From contig JBMFWY010000001.1 in the NCBI GenBank assembly GCA_049964795.1, positions 12,539 through 76,538 of the forward strand: a stretch of DNA of 64,000 bases. The letters are read 5' to 3'. Shown here piece by piece: positions 20,114-28,790 of this stretch (position 1 is its first letter; every line of letters begins with the position of its first letter). This stretch comes from Candidatus Micrarchaeia archaeon. GTDB taxonomy: Archaea > Micrarchaeota > Micrarchaeia > Micrarchaeales > Micrarchaeaceae. The position numbers were made by a program, and so were the translations under genes. The notes beneath the pieces are model-generated. The model was given only the letters and a program-made list of their open reading frames with translations, ran no database searches and was not told the DNA's origin.

Positions 20114-20240
20114 TCCTTTGATTTACTTTGCTAAATTTTTTTATGTGAATGCCATAAATACCTTTTTCTTCCAATATAGTTTATATTTAATCTAGTTTTA
20201 AATAAAACTATCGCGTTAAATTTAGGTTGGGGTAAGGCAG

Positions 20241-20618
20241 ATGAAAAGAAGCGGTTCAGAGGCGATAAAAAAGAGGCATTGGCTCGGATATATGAGCAGG
20301 GATATGCAGCGCACCATGATAAAGATAATAATAATGGTAAAGCTGAAGGAAAAAGGGGAAATGTACGCTTATGAGATACTTAAGGACATGGAGAAGATTA
20401 AGCATCCCTTCATAAAGGGCAACCCTCAGATCAAAAATGAGGTATATAACACTTTAAAGTCCTTGACGGAGGCGGGGTACATAAAGGAGAAGGTCAAGAT
20501 GAAGGAAAGGCGTGTCAAGGTATACTATGAGCTTACTGATGAAGGCGCAAGCGTCCTGAAGTCGACGAGAGCTTTGATTAGGGATACTGCAAGGAGCATG
20601 TCGAGGATACTTAGCTGA
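20241..20618 (+). CDS. PadR family transcriptional regulator
   Basis: MYAYEI, VYNTLKSL...GYI, YYELTDEG. Confidence 0.88.
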   Translation: MKRSGSEAIKKRHWLGYMSRDMQRTMIKIIIMVKLKEKGEMYAYEILKDMEKIKHPFIKGNPQIKNEVYNTLKSLTEAGYIKEKVKMKERRVKVYYELTDEGASVLKSTRALIRDTARSMSRILS

Positions 20619-21619
20619 TGGTTATGGAGGACATTGTAGAGATAAAGGGCTTGGTTAAAAAATTTGGCGAGAAGGCGGCGGTAAACGGCATAGACTTTAA
20701 GATAAAAGAAAAGGAAATTTTTGGCATTCTTGGACCAAATGGTGCAGGCAAGACAACTACAATCAACCTTATCCTTGGCATACTTAAACCAACTGCAGGC
20801 ACGATAAAGGTTGCTGGACTTGAAGTCTCAAGGCACGAAGAAGAGATAAAAAGCATGATAGGCTTCATGACTCAAGAGACGCTTGTGGAAGCGGACCTCA
20901 CCGCCCAACAGAATTTGGAGCTCTTTTGCGAATTATACCATGTCGATAAGGAAGAGGTAAAAGGCAGGGTAGATTCGGCGTTGAAGGATGCAGGATTGGA
21001 GAACGTAGCGAACCAGAAAGCGGGCACCTTTTCAGGAGGAATGCAAAGAAGGCTTGCATTGGTAAGGTCCATGATGCACAACCCAAAGATATTGATACTT
21101 GACGAGCCGACAACAGGGCTAGACGTGCAGAACAGGGTAGAGATGTGGAGAAGAATAAGGAAACTTCAGGAAAAAGGGGTTACAATTATACTTACGACGC
21201 AGTATCTTGAGGAGGCGGATGATCTTTGCGACAGGATCGCAATAATAGACCATGGGGAAATAAAGGCACAGGGCACTCCAGCGGAATTGAAATCGGCTAT
21301 AGGAAAAGGGAATATAATCGAGATATTATCAAATTCGAAAGATGCCCCGAAAATAGCAGAGATGCTCAGGTCAAAGTTTAAGATGCAGGCAAGTGTGGTT
21401 GGCGATAAGGTAAGCGCACCCTTGCTTGAAAAAGGAGTCAAAAGATTCAATGAGATAGTAGCAGAAATATCAAAAGAGGATTATGCCGTATTCTCAATTG
21501 GCATGCACCTCCCTACTTTGGATGATGTTTTCATAAAATTGACCGGATCAAGCCTCAGGGATAGCGTAGGGGAAAATACCTCTAGCGATGCCAGAGCGCG
21601 CATGATGACAAGAAGGTAA
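20618..21619 (+). CDS. DrrA-type ABC exporter ATP-binding protein
   Basis: GPNGAGKTT, FSGGMQRR, LDEPTTGLD, PTLDDVFIKLTG. Confidence 0.93.
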   Translation: MVMEDIVEIKGLVKKFGEKAAVNGIDFKIKEKEIFGILGPNGAGKTTTINLILGILKPTAGTIKVAGLEVSRHEEEIKSMIGFMTQETLVEADLTAQQNLELFCELYHVDKEEVKGRVDSALKDAGLENVANQKAGTFSGGMQRRLALVRSMMHNPKILILDEPTTGLDVQNRVEMWRRIRKLQEKGVTIILTTQYLEEADDLCDRIAIIDHGEIKAQGTPAELKSAIGKGNIIEILSNSKDAPKIAEMLRSKFKMQASVVGDKVSAPLLEKGVKRFNEIVAEISKEDYAVFSIGMHLPTLDDVFIKLTGSSLRDSVGENTSSDARARMMTRR

Positions 21620-21623
21620 TCGC

Positions 21624-22814
21624 ATGAGTACAATAAAGGATTCATTCATAATACTTAAAAGGGAACTGCTGATATTCAGAAGCAATATCGTGCAGAACGT
21701 GGTAAGAGCAATCATGTTTCCGCTGCTCCTTCTCCTCATATTCAGTGGCATGGGAAGCGGCGTTTCCAATGTGCCGGTAGCAATAGTCAACTATGCAAAC
21801 AATATGCAGTCAATCCAATTTATAAATAAACTTGAATCCGGAAATTCCCTATCTATAGTAGGAGTCACCACCCAAACTAATGCGATGCAGATGTTCAGGG
21901 CGGGAGAAGTAGACTTGGTAATAGTTATACTTCCGCAGTTTCCAAACATGAACTCAAAGAGCCCTAGCGTGGATATCTATTACACGAACAGCCAGCTGAC
22001 AAGCCTTAGTGTTATTCCTTTTATACAAAGCATGGCAGAAAGCTTTGGAGCGCAAGCGGCAAGCGCAAAATATGAAAAGGCAGCAATGCAAAATGACCCC
22101 ACTAGACCAAGTTCTGGCTCTTCAGGCAGCATATTGGGAGCACCAGGCAGCGAATCGGCTTCTTCGGGTAGCGTAAGCGTGATTCCCGCATTTGCTGCAG
22201 AAGGAAGTTATACAACTTTCCTTGTAGCTGGAATAATAATAATGGTGGCGGCTTTCGGCGCAATGTTTTCAGGAGGAATGTCGATAATAACTGACAGGAT
22301 AGCAGGGAACTTAAAGCTTTTTCTTATCGCCCCGATAAATAGGCTTTCGATAGTTTTTGGCAAGATTTTGTCTGGAGCGACACAGGTAATGTTTACAGTG
22401 ATACTTACTATAATAATAGGGATAGCTTTTGGAGCCCAGATAGCAATGGGCTGGTATGGTTTGCTTTGGATTTTCCTGCTTGCGTTCATAGCTGCGATAG
22501 GCATGGGAGGGCTTGCAACAGCGCTTGCGGCGCGCATAAAGAGGTTTGAAATATACGCTATCGCCACCCAATCCATAACACTGCCGCTTTGGTTCGTTGC
22601 TGGGGCTTTTTTCCCAACAAGCGAGTTGCCCTCATGGCTTTATCCGCTCAGCATAGTAGATCCTTTCACTTATGCAATACAAGGCATGAGATATGTAATG
22701 ATGAATGGATTCTACCCTGTAAATGCAATGATGCTTGATCTTGGAGTCACGCTTGCGTTTGCAATTGCAATGGTGCTCCTCTCTGTCAAAATGTTTAAGC
22801 AAACTATAGAGTGA
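21624..22814 (+). CDS. ABC-2 type exporter permease
   Basis: Six-TM ABC-2 pattern, GAFFP..LPSWL, DPFTYA; extracellular loop. Confidence 0.9.
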   Translation: MSTIKDSFIILKRELLIFRSNIVQNVVRAIMFPLLLLLIFSGMGSGVSNVPVAIVNYANNMQSIQFINKLESGNSLSIVGVTTQTNAMQMFRAGEVDLVIVILPQFPNMNSKSPSVDIYYTNSQLTSLSVIPFIQSMAESFGAQAASAKYEKAAMQNDPTRPSSGSSGSILGAPGSESASSGSVSVIPAFAAEGSYTTFLVAGIIIMVAAFGAMFSGGMSIITDRIAGNLKLFLIAPINRLSIVFGKILSGATQVMFTVILTIIIGIAFGAQIAMGWYGLLWIFLLAFIAAIGMGGLATALAARIKRFEIYAIATQSITLPLWFVAGAFFPTSELPSWLYPLSIVDPFTYAIQGMRYVMMNGFYPVNAMMLDLGVTLAFAIAMVLLSVKMFKQTIE

Positions 22815-22868
22815 AGTGGTAAAATGCAAATAGCATATTCTATTAAAGAATTTAGGAATGGTGTGAAG

Positions 22869-24533
22869 ATGAAAGAAAAATCGGTGAAAAGAAAGATTGC
22901 AAAAGCTGCAATCCATGGAGGTTTTGCGGCGCTTGTTGCGGTGATGTTCATATCAATGCTTGCTATACTGGCGGGTGCGCAGGCTGCCCCTCAGGCAAAT
23001 GGCGCCGTTTCGATAGCAAACCTTAAGATATCTCCGCAGCCTGTAATTGCGGGGGAAAATATAACAGTTGAATTCCAGCTTTTCAACTCCTTTTCAAACG
23101 AGCTTCAAAACGTCAATATATATTTGGAGAGCCAAAGTCCTTTGATAAACGTATCACCAACCCAAACATTTTTGATAAGCGCAATGGGAACAGGGCTTTA
23201 TGGTGGAAGCGGCTATGATATATTCAGCTACCAGTTCCACGTGCCTGCTTCGCTTCCCGCAGGCGAATATGTAATCAATGTGGTGGCAACATATGAGGCA
23301 CAGGCAGGGGTGCAATACCCTACTCTTCCTGCCGAATCGGTAATGCCCATATACATTTACGTTTATGGGGTTCCGAACGTGCAGCTTAGCGCAAATACGC
23401 AGACGCAGATAACCCCAGGGGTGCCTTTTTCGCTTTCTCTTGATGCACTGAATTCAGGAACAGACAAGGCAAGCAATGTCTCTGTTGCGATGCTTGAAAA
23501 CGCAAACTTTACGCCTGAAGGAGCATATTCATTCTCATTGGGCTCGATCGGGCAGGGTATGCAGCAGGAAGCCGTAATGCAGCTTGTCCCTTCAGAGCAC
23601 ATTGCCAAAGGAACACACGTAATAGGATTTTTGGTCAATTACACCTCTCAGACAGGCCAAAAATTCAGCAGAATAGAGGAAGTCCCAATAAACATTGAGA
23701 TAAGCAAACCAAGTTTCATTGTCAGCGTTGTAGGGGCTAATCCGCAGCAGCTATATGCAGGCCAGAACCAAACTCTTGAAGTGGAAATAGACAATACAGG
23801 AAATGGTGAGGCGAGAAATGTGAGCGTGCAGTTCATGAGCAGCAACGGGATAGATGTTGGTAGCTCTGCCAACTATTTCAATTTAGGCAATATGATGCCA
23901 GGGCAGGGCATGCAGGAGGAGCTCTTTGTCAGTGCAAGCAGGTATGCAAATTCAACGCAATACTATATGCCCGTATTGATAAAGTACAAGAATGCAAATC
24001 TAGCGGAAAATTATTCCCAGCTTGAATATATTCCGATAAACATGGAGCCAAGCGCGATATTCAATGTTACTGCCGAGTACGGAAGTTTAAGCCCTGGTGA
24101 CACTGATGTTCCAGTTACTTTCACGATAAGAAATACGGGCAATGAAGTTGCACAGGGGGCGCTGCTTAGCATGCAAGCGATTTATCCCATAAGCACAGTA
24201 ATACCCAATGCGTATATAAGCAGCATAGCTCCTGGGCAGAGTAAAAATGTGACATTCTATGTAAGTGTGGATGTCAAAGGGGATGCAGGCTCGTATCCGG
24301 TGACATTGTACGAGCAGTGGCAGCAGCCTAATGGGGCAGCGCAGGAGCAATATTCTTACTCCAATAACTACTATGTCAACGTGAGCAAGAGCGGAGGCAG
24401 CGGGAAAGCATATGAAACGTATGCTGCAGCAATAATCGTCATTCTTATAGCGGCATACGCATTTGCTAAAAGAAGAAAGAAGGCCCCGCAGAAGAAGCAG
24501 GAAGCGCAGCAGAAAAAAAGCGCAAGGCAGTAA
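22869..24533 (+). CDS. COG1361-like S-layer domain protein with Ig-like repeats
   Basis: Signal peptide, repeated N.G...A.NV Ig/CARDB motifs, C-terminal TM with basic tail; alternative start 22824. Confidence 0.8.
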   Translation: MKEKSVKRKIAKAAIHGGFAALVAVMFISMLAILAGAQAAPQANGAVSIANLKISPQPVIAGENITVEFQLFNSFSNELQNVNIYLESQSPLINVSPTQTFLISAMGTGLYGGSGYDIFSYQFHVPASLPAGEYVINVVATYEAQAGVQYPTLPAESVMPIYIYVYGVPNVQLSANTQTQITPGVPFSLSLDALNSGTDKASNVSVAMLENANFTPEGAYSFSLGSIGQGMQQEAVMQLVPSEHIAKGTHVIGFLVNYTSQTGQKFSRIEEVPINIEISKPSFIVSVVGANPQQLYAGQNQTLEVEIDNTGNGEARNVSVQFMSSNGIDVGSSANYFNLGNMMPGQGMQEELFVSASRYANSTQYYMPVLIKYKNANLAENYSQLEYIPINMEPSAIFNVTAEYGSLSPGDTDVPVTFTIRNTGNEVAQGALLSMQAIYPISTVIPNAYISSIAPGQSKNVTFYVSVDVKGDAGSYPVTLYEQWQQPNGAAQEQYSYSNNYYVNVSKSGGSGKAYETYAAAIIVILIAAYAFAKRRKKAPQKKQEAQQKKSARQ

Positions 24534-24624
24534 TAGGCTTGAAATAAGAGGAGCGGCAGGCTAATCTTGTTGCCTGCAGGCCGGCTTGCTGCTGATGAAG
24601 CCTTGCTTGTCCTTTTGCCTATTC

Positions 24625-26313
24625 TTACGCATTTGCCGCAACGCTCCACGCTTCTATGTCATTCCTATGCATGCCTACGCCGTAGGTCTTTGCTTTTTCT
24701 ATGTCGACCCCGTATTTTCTTGCTATTCTCTCTACAAACTTGAGCATCAGGGTTCCGCCTACGCTTATCAAAGAACCCACCGAAACCTTTAGTGCAAGAT
24801 TCTTGTCATCCATTGCCGTGTATGCGTCCCTGCTTGCCATCTTCGCCAAATGCCTGTAGGAAGCGTAATAAACTGCAAGCATTGACTGTGTGAGAGGAAC
24901 ATCGAAACTCTTTGATTTTATCCTTCCAAGAGGCATATTGTACAAAGGAGTTACAGTGAACTCGAAAGGCATATGGTCAACCCTAGAATTGCTTAGCCTG
25001 TTTATAAGCGCGACAGTTTCCCAATTGTCCTCTTCTGTTTCCGAAGTTTGACCTATTTGTACGGTAAATGCCGGCCTCCAATAATTTATATTCATGTTTT
25101 TAACTCCATTCCATACTATCTCTTGCCAGCTTCCGTCAACGCCTATTTTAAGCGGTAGGGTCTTTGCAGGCATATGCTTCTTTGCGAGTGTTTCGCTTCC
25201 TGTTTCCAAGCCTACTTGTATGCCTATCCAGTTGTGCTCGGAAGCGCGCAGTATCTTCGAAAGCTTGGCGATAAGCTCGGGATATGCCGAAGGTATGGAG
25301 ATTCTGCCGTGCGTGGGATTTGAACGCTTTACGCCGTCTATTGACATTATTGTAGTGAACAGTGATATTAATGCTTCCTCATTTGGCACGTAATTCTTCT
25401 GATGTTGGTAAGCAAATATCTCGTCGGAATGCAGCCACGCATTGTTGAACCCCCCGCTTCTGATGTTTACTTTTACTTCCTCTGCAACTTTCTCTGGCGG
25501 GTAGTACCTCAGCTCCCTAAGAGTCACTTCACAAAAATCGCACCCTATCCCGCAGCCGCGCATTGTTTCATTAAGGCTTTTGGTTGAGGGATTTACTATC
25601 GAAGGTATGGACTCAAGCTTTGGAAAAGAAGGTATTCCTTTCCCCCTACCTATAAATTTTGGATCAGGCTTTAGCGATCTCATGAACTGATCATCGTAAG
25701 TTATAAACCCTTGGCTGAACATGTTTTGGTCTATATTGCCGCTAGAAATTTGCTCGAACAATTCTACCGCATAATCGTCCATCTCCCCCTGGAAAAGGTA
25801 GTCTATATTGTGCTCCTCTACATAATTCCTCAATATGGTATATTCCCATATTCCCGGGCCTCCTACTACTAGTTTCGCTTTTTTGCCTTTCCTTGCGGCG
25901 TTGACTTTGGATATAAGGCTTTCCCATTCCTGCTTGACATACGCGTTGAGGTCTTTAGACTTGAAAAGAACATAATATGACATAGTGGTTGGGCCCAAGC
26001 CAAGAGGGTCCATCGTATGCATGCCAATGATTTCAGTATCGTCCTTTATGAAAGAGCTCAGATAGTCAGGGTGGGCTACAACTACATCTTTGCTGCTATA
26101 TTTCTTGAGGAGCGCTGCTTCGATCTTCCTGAGTCCGTAAGGGGCATATTTTATCCTTCCGTCAGGAAGGGCTGGGGAAATTTTGCCCTTAAGAAAGGAA
26201 TAGATAAATTTGGGCAGGGAATTCCCTGGAGCGCCGGGCACAAAATCCAGGAGCGGAAAATTCCTGTAGTCATACACTAACGTATTGTCAGATATTAAAA
26301 CAAATTTTGCCAT
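24625..26313 (-). CDS. B12-binding radical SAM protein, GDGT ring synthase (Grs)-like
   Basis: CGIGCDFC cluster motif; APYGLRKIEA, MDPLGLGP, GIQVGLETGS motifs recalled from the Grs family. Radical SAM call is firm, Grs call is tentative. Confidence 0.6.
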   Translation of the reverse strand: MAKFVLISDNTLVYDYRNFPLLDFVPGAPGNSLPKFIYSFLKGKISPALPDGRIKYAPYGLRKIEAALLKKYSSKDVVVAHPDYLSSFIKDDTEIIGMHTMDPLGLGPTTMSYYVLFKSKDLNAYVKQEWESLISKVNAARKGKKAKLVVGGPGIWEYTILRNYVEEHNIDYLFQGEMDDYAVELFEQISSGNIDQNMFSQGFITYDDQFMRSLKPDPKFIGRGKGIPSFPKLESIPSIVNPSTKSLNETMRGCGIGCDFCEVTLRELRYYPPEKVAEEVKVNIRSGGFNNAWLHSDEIFAYQHQKNYVPNEEALISLFTTIMSIDGVKRSNPTHGRISIPSAYPELIAKLSKILRASEHNWIGIQVGLETGSETLAKKHMPAKTLPLKIGVDGSWQEIVWNGVKNMNINYWRPAFTVQIGQTSETEEDNWETVALINRLSNSRVDHMPFEFTVTPLYNMPLGRIKSKSFDVPLTQSMLAVYYASYRHLAKMASRDAYTAMDDKNLALKVSVGSLISVGGTLMLKFVERIARKYGVDIEKAKTYGVGMHRNDIEAWSVAANA

Positions 26314-26485
26314 TGCAACACCAACTTTTATAGTTACAAGCATTTACAAAATTTTTTGGCGGTATTTTATATTGCACTATACAAAAATGCAAAACAAAAA
26401 GCTAGGCACAAAGATCAGGTTAGGATTTGAGAAACCACCTAGCTTCTGCAAATTTCTCTTTGTCAAAAGATTTTTACCGTTGAAA

Positions 26486-26509
26486 AAAGTATAAACAGCA
26501 AAGTATAAA
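26486..26509 (+). promoter_or_regulatory. Tandem BRE/TATA-like elements, candidate 16S rRNA promoters
   Basis: AAAGTATAAA occurs twice (26486-26495 and 26500-26509), about 170-190 nt upstream of mature 16S. Confidence 0.45.
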
Positions 26510-26622
26510 TAGGTTTCTTAGTAAAGTAGTATTGCTTTTTTCAGCTTTTAACTTGATTGCTGCAGCACGCGCTGCGGTGTTGTGAAAAAGGCTATTGTGA
26601 AAATTCCTGCTTGGAATTGGAT

Positions 26623-26653
26623 GCAGTCCCGAGTTGTGCAAAAGAGAGATAGC
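26623..26653 (+). other. 5' arm of 16S pre-rRNA processing stem (relaxed BHB)
   Basis: GCAGTCCCGAG pairs with CTCGGGACTGC (28722-28732); TGCA/TGCA central helix; AAA bulge; GAGA.ATAGC pairs with GCTATTCTC. Confidence 0.8.
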
Positions 26654-27726
26654 TGATTGCTTTTAACTTGAAGCCGATTCCAGTCGATGCTGCTGGAGGG
26701 TACTGCTATCAGGTTCCGACAGCCATGCAAGTTTGCTCTACGGCTTCGTAGGGCGGCGTACGGCTCAGTAACACGTGGCTAATCTACCGTAAAGAGAGGG
26801 ATACCCTTGGGAAACTGAGGTTAATACCTCATATGCTAGAGCATCTGGAAGGAGCTCTAACAAAAAAGGTTGCAAATTGCAGCATTACCGCTTTACGATG
26901 AGGCCGCGGCGGATCAGGCAGATGGCGGGGTAACGGCCCACCATACCAATAACCCGTAGGGGATGTGAGAGCATGAGCCCCGAGAAGGGCACTGAGACAA
27001 GGGCCCTAGCGCTACGGCGTGCAGCAGGCGCGCAAACTCCACAATGCGCGTAAGCGTGATGGGGGGAACCTGAGTGGCTGACTAACGTCAGCCTTTTGCC
27101 AAGTATAGCAAGCTTGGAGAATAAGTGCTGGGCAAGACCGGTGGCAGCCGCCACGGTAATACCGGCAGCACAAGTGGTATCCACGATTATTGGGCTTAAA
27201 GCGCCCGTAGCTGGCTGATGCCGTCTCATGTGAAATATTGGCGTTCAACGTCAATGCGAGCACGAGATACCCATCGGCTAGGGAGTGGGTTGGGTCAGGA
27301 GTACTTATGGGGGAGGGGCTAAATCCTATAATCCTATAAGGACTAACGGTGGCGAAGGCGCCTGACCAGAACACATCCGACAGTGAGGGACGAAGGCTAG
27401 GAGAACGAATCGGATCAGATACCCGAGTAGCCCTAGCAGTAAATCATGCAGACTCTGGTGTTGCATGCATCTCGAATGCATGCAGTACCGTAGCGTAAGC
27501 GTTAAGTCTGCCGCCTGGGGAGTACGGCCGCAAGGTTGAAACTTAAAACAATTGGCGGGGGAGCACACAAGGGGTGGATGCTGCGGTTTAATTGAACCCA
27601 ACGTCGGAAATATTACCAGAAGCGACGGCAGTGTGAAGGTCAGACTAAAGATCTTACCTGACAAGCCGAGAGGTAGTGCATGGCGATCGTCAGCTCGTGG
27701 TGTGAACTGTTCGGTTAAGTCCGGTA

Positions 27727-28249
27727 AGCTGTTGAGTGAGGCTATGACTAGAAAGCTAAAACTGGATCCAGATACCTGCTACATGCTTGGCATGTACAGC
27801 TGTAGCATGCGCTCTCCGATTTCCATAAGCACAGCCAAGAGGGAGCTGGTTGAAAAGTTTACCAAGATAGCGCTTGAATTAGGCGTAGAGCCTGAAAAGG
27901 TGCGCATCGAAAGCATGCAAAATGGCATGCAAAAGGTATTTTTTTACCACTCCAAGCTCGAAAAGCTGTTCAAGAATGCGCTCGAGCGCAGAAGCGTTAT
28001 ATTCTCGCGCAAGAATGCATGCGCGCTAAGCTATGTAGCTGGCGTATTTGACAGCAACGGCGGAAAAGACCGCTTTGGGCTCTTCATAAAAAAGCTTGAT
28101 CCTGCAAACGCGGTGATCATGGAGAACCTTGGCTTGCATGTGTGGGAATCAGGAGGCAGGCATTACATATTGAATGCAAAAGTTTTCGTTACGCTTATTG
28201 CTGGATACAGCGTAATGCTTTCGTACGAGCAACATTCTTCAGCCCGGTA
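27727..28249 (+). mobile_element. 523-nt archaeal BHB-type 16S intron at about E. coli position 1101/1102
   Basis: Interrupts conserved AAGTCCGGTA^ACGAGCGAGACC; CCGGTAA at both ends (27721, 28244); terminal stem GCTGttGAGTG/CATTCttCAGC. Confidence 0.9.
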
Positions 28250-28250
28250 A
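27744..28250 (+). CDS. Intron-encoded LAGLIDADG-family protein (168 aa), catalytically degenerate
   Basis: Motifs CYMLGMYSCS and SYVAGVFDSNG; the ORF-track start at 27552 lies in rRNA exon and is spurious. Confidence 0.75.
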   Translation: MTRKLKLDPDTCYMLGMYSCSMRSPISISTAKRELVEKFTKIALELGVEPEKVRIESMQNGMQKVFFYHSKLEKLFKNALERRSVIFSRKNACALSYVAGVFDSNGGKDRFGLFIKKLDPANAVIMENLGLHVWESGGRHYILNAKVFVTLIAGYSVMLSYEQHSSAR

Positions 28251-28702
28251 CGAGCGAGACCTTCGCTAACAGTTGCCACCAGCTTAGAGATAAGTTGAGC
28301 ACTCTGTTAGGACCGCCTCCGTTTAAGGAGGAGGAAGGAGAGGGCTACGATTCGTCAGTATGCTCTGAATCTTCTGGGCTACACGCGGCATACATAGGTT
28401 GGTACAATTGGATGCAATGCCGAGAGGCAAAGCCAATCCCCTAAAACCAACCGAGGTTCGGATTGAGGGCTGAAACTCGCCCTCATGAAGCTGGAATCCC
28501 TAGTAATCGCTTGTCACTATCGAGCGGTGAATATGTCCCCGCTCCTTGCACACACCGCCTGCCAGATCACCCAAATGAGGCTCTAACGAGGCAATAGCTT
28601 TGCTGTTTTCGAGTTAGAGTTTCGTAAGGAGGGTCAAGGCATAACAAGGCATCCGTAGGGGAACCTGCGGATAGATCACCTTTACAAAAAAATGTGTGCG
28701 TG

Positions 28703-28732
28703 GCTATTCTCTGCATTAATTCTCGGGACTGC
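28703..28732 (+). other. 3' arm of 16S pre-rRNA processing stem
   Basis: Complementary to 26623-26653. Confidence 0.8.
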
Positions 28733-28790
28733 TCCTCTTCTTCTTTCTTTTTTAATATAAGCGCAAGAAAAACAGGATTAGCTGTGCATA

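Larger units (their letters stand above)
26677..28684 (+). rRNA. rrs: 16S rRNA, unlinked from 23S, interrupted by one intron
   Basis: Archaeal SSU landmarks in order (ATTCCAGTCGATGCTGCTGG, CAGCCGCCACGGTAATACC, AATTGGCGGGGGAGCAC, CACACCGCC, GGGGAACCTGCGG, GATCACC); ends approximate. Confidence 0.98.

Noticed and set aside
26677-28684. 16S pseudogene or sequencing errors
   Set aside because: Deviations at conserved sites are mostly compensatory and the processing stem is intact
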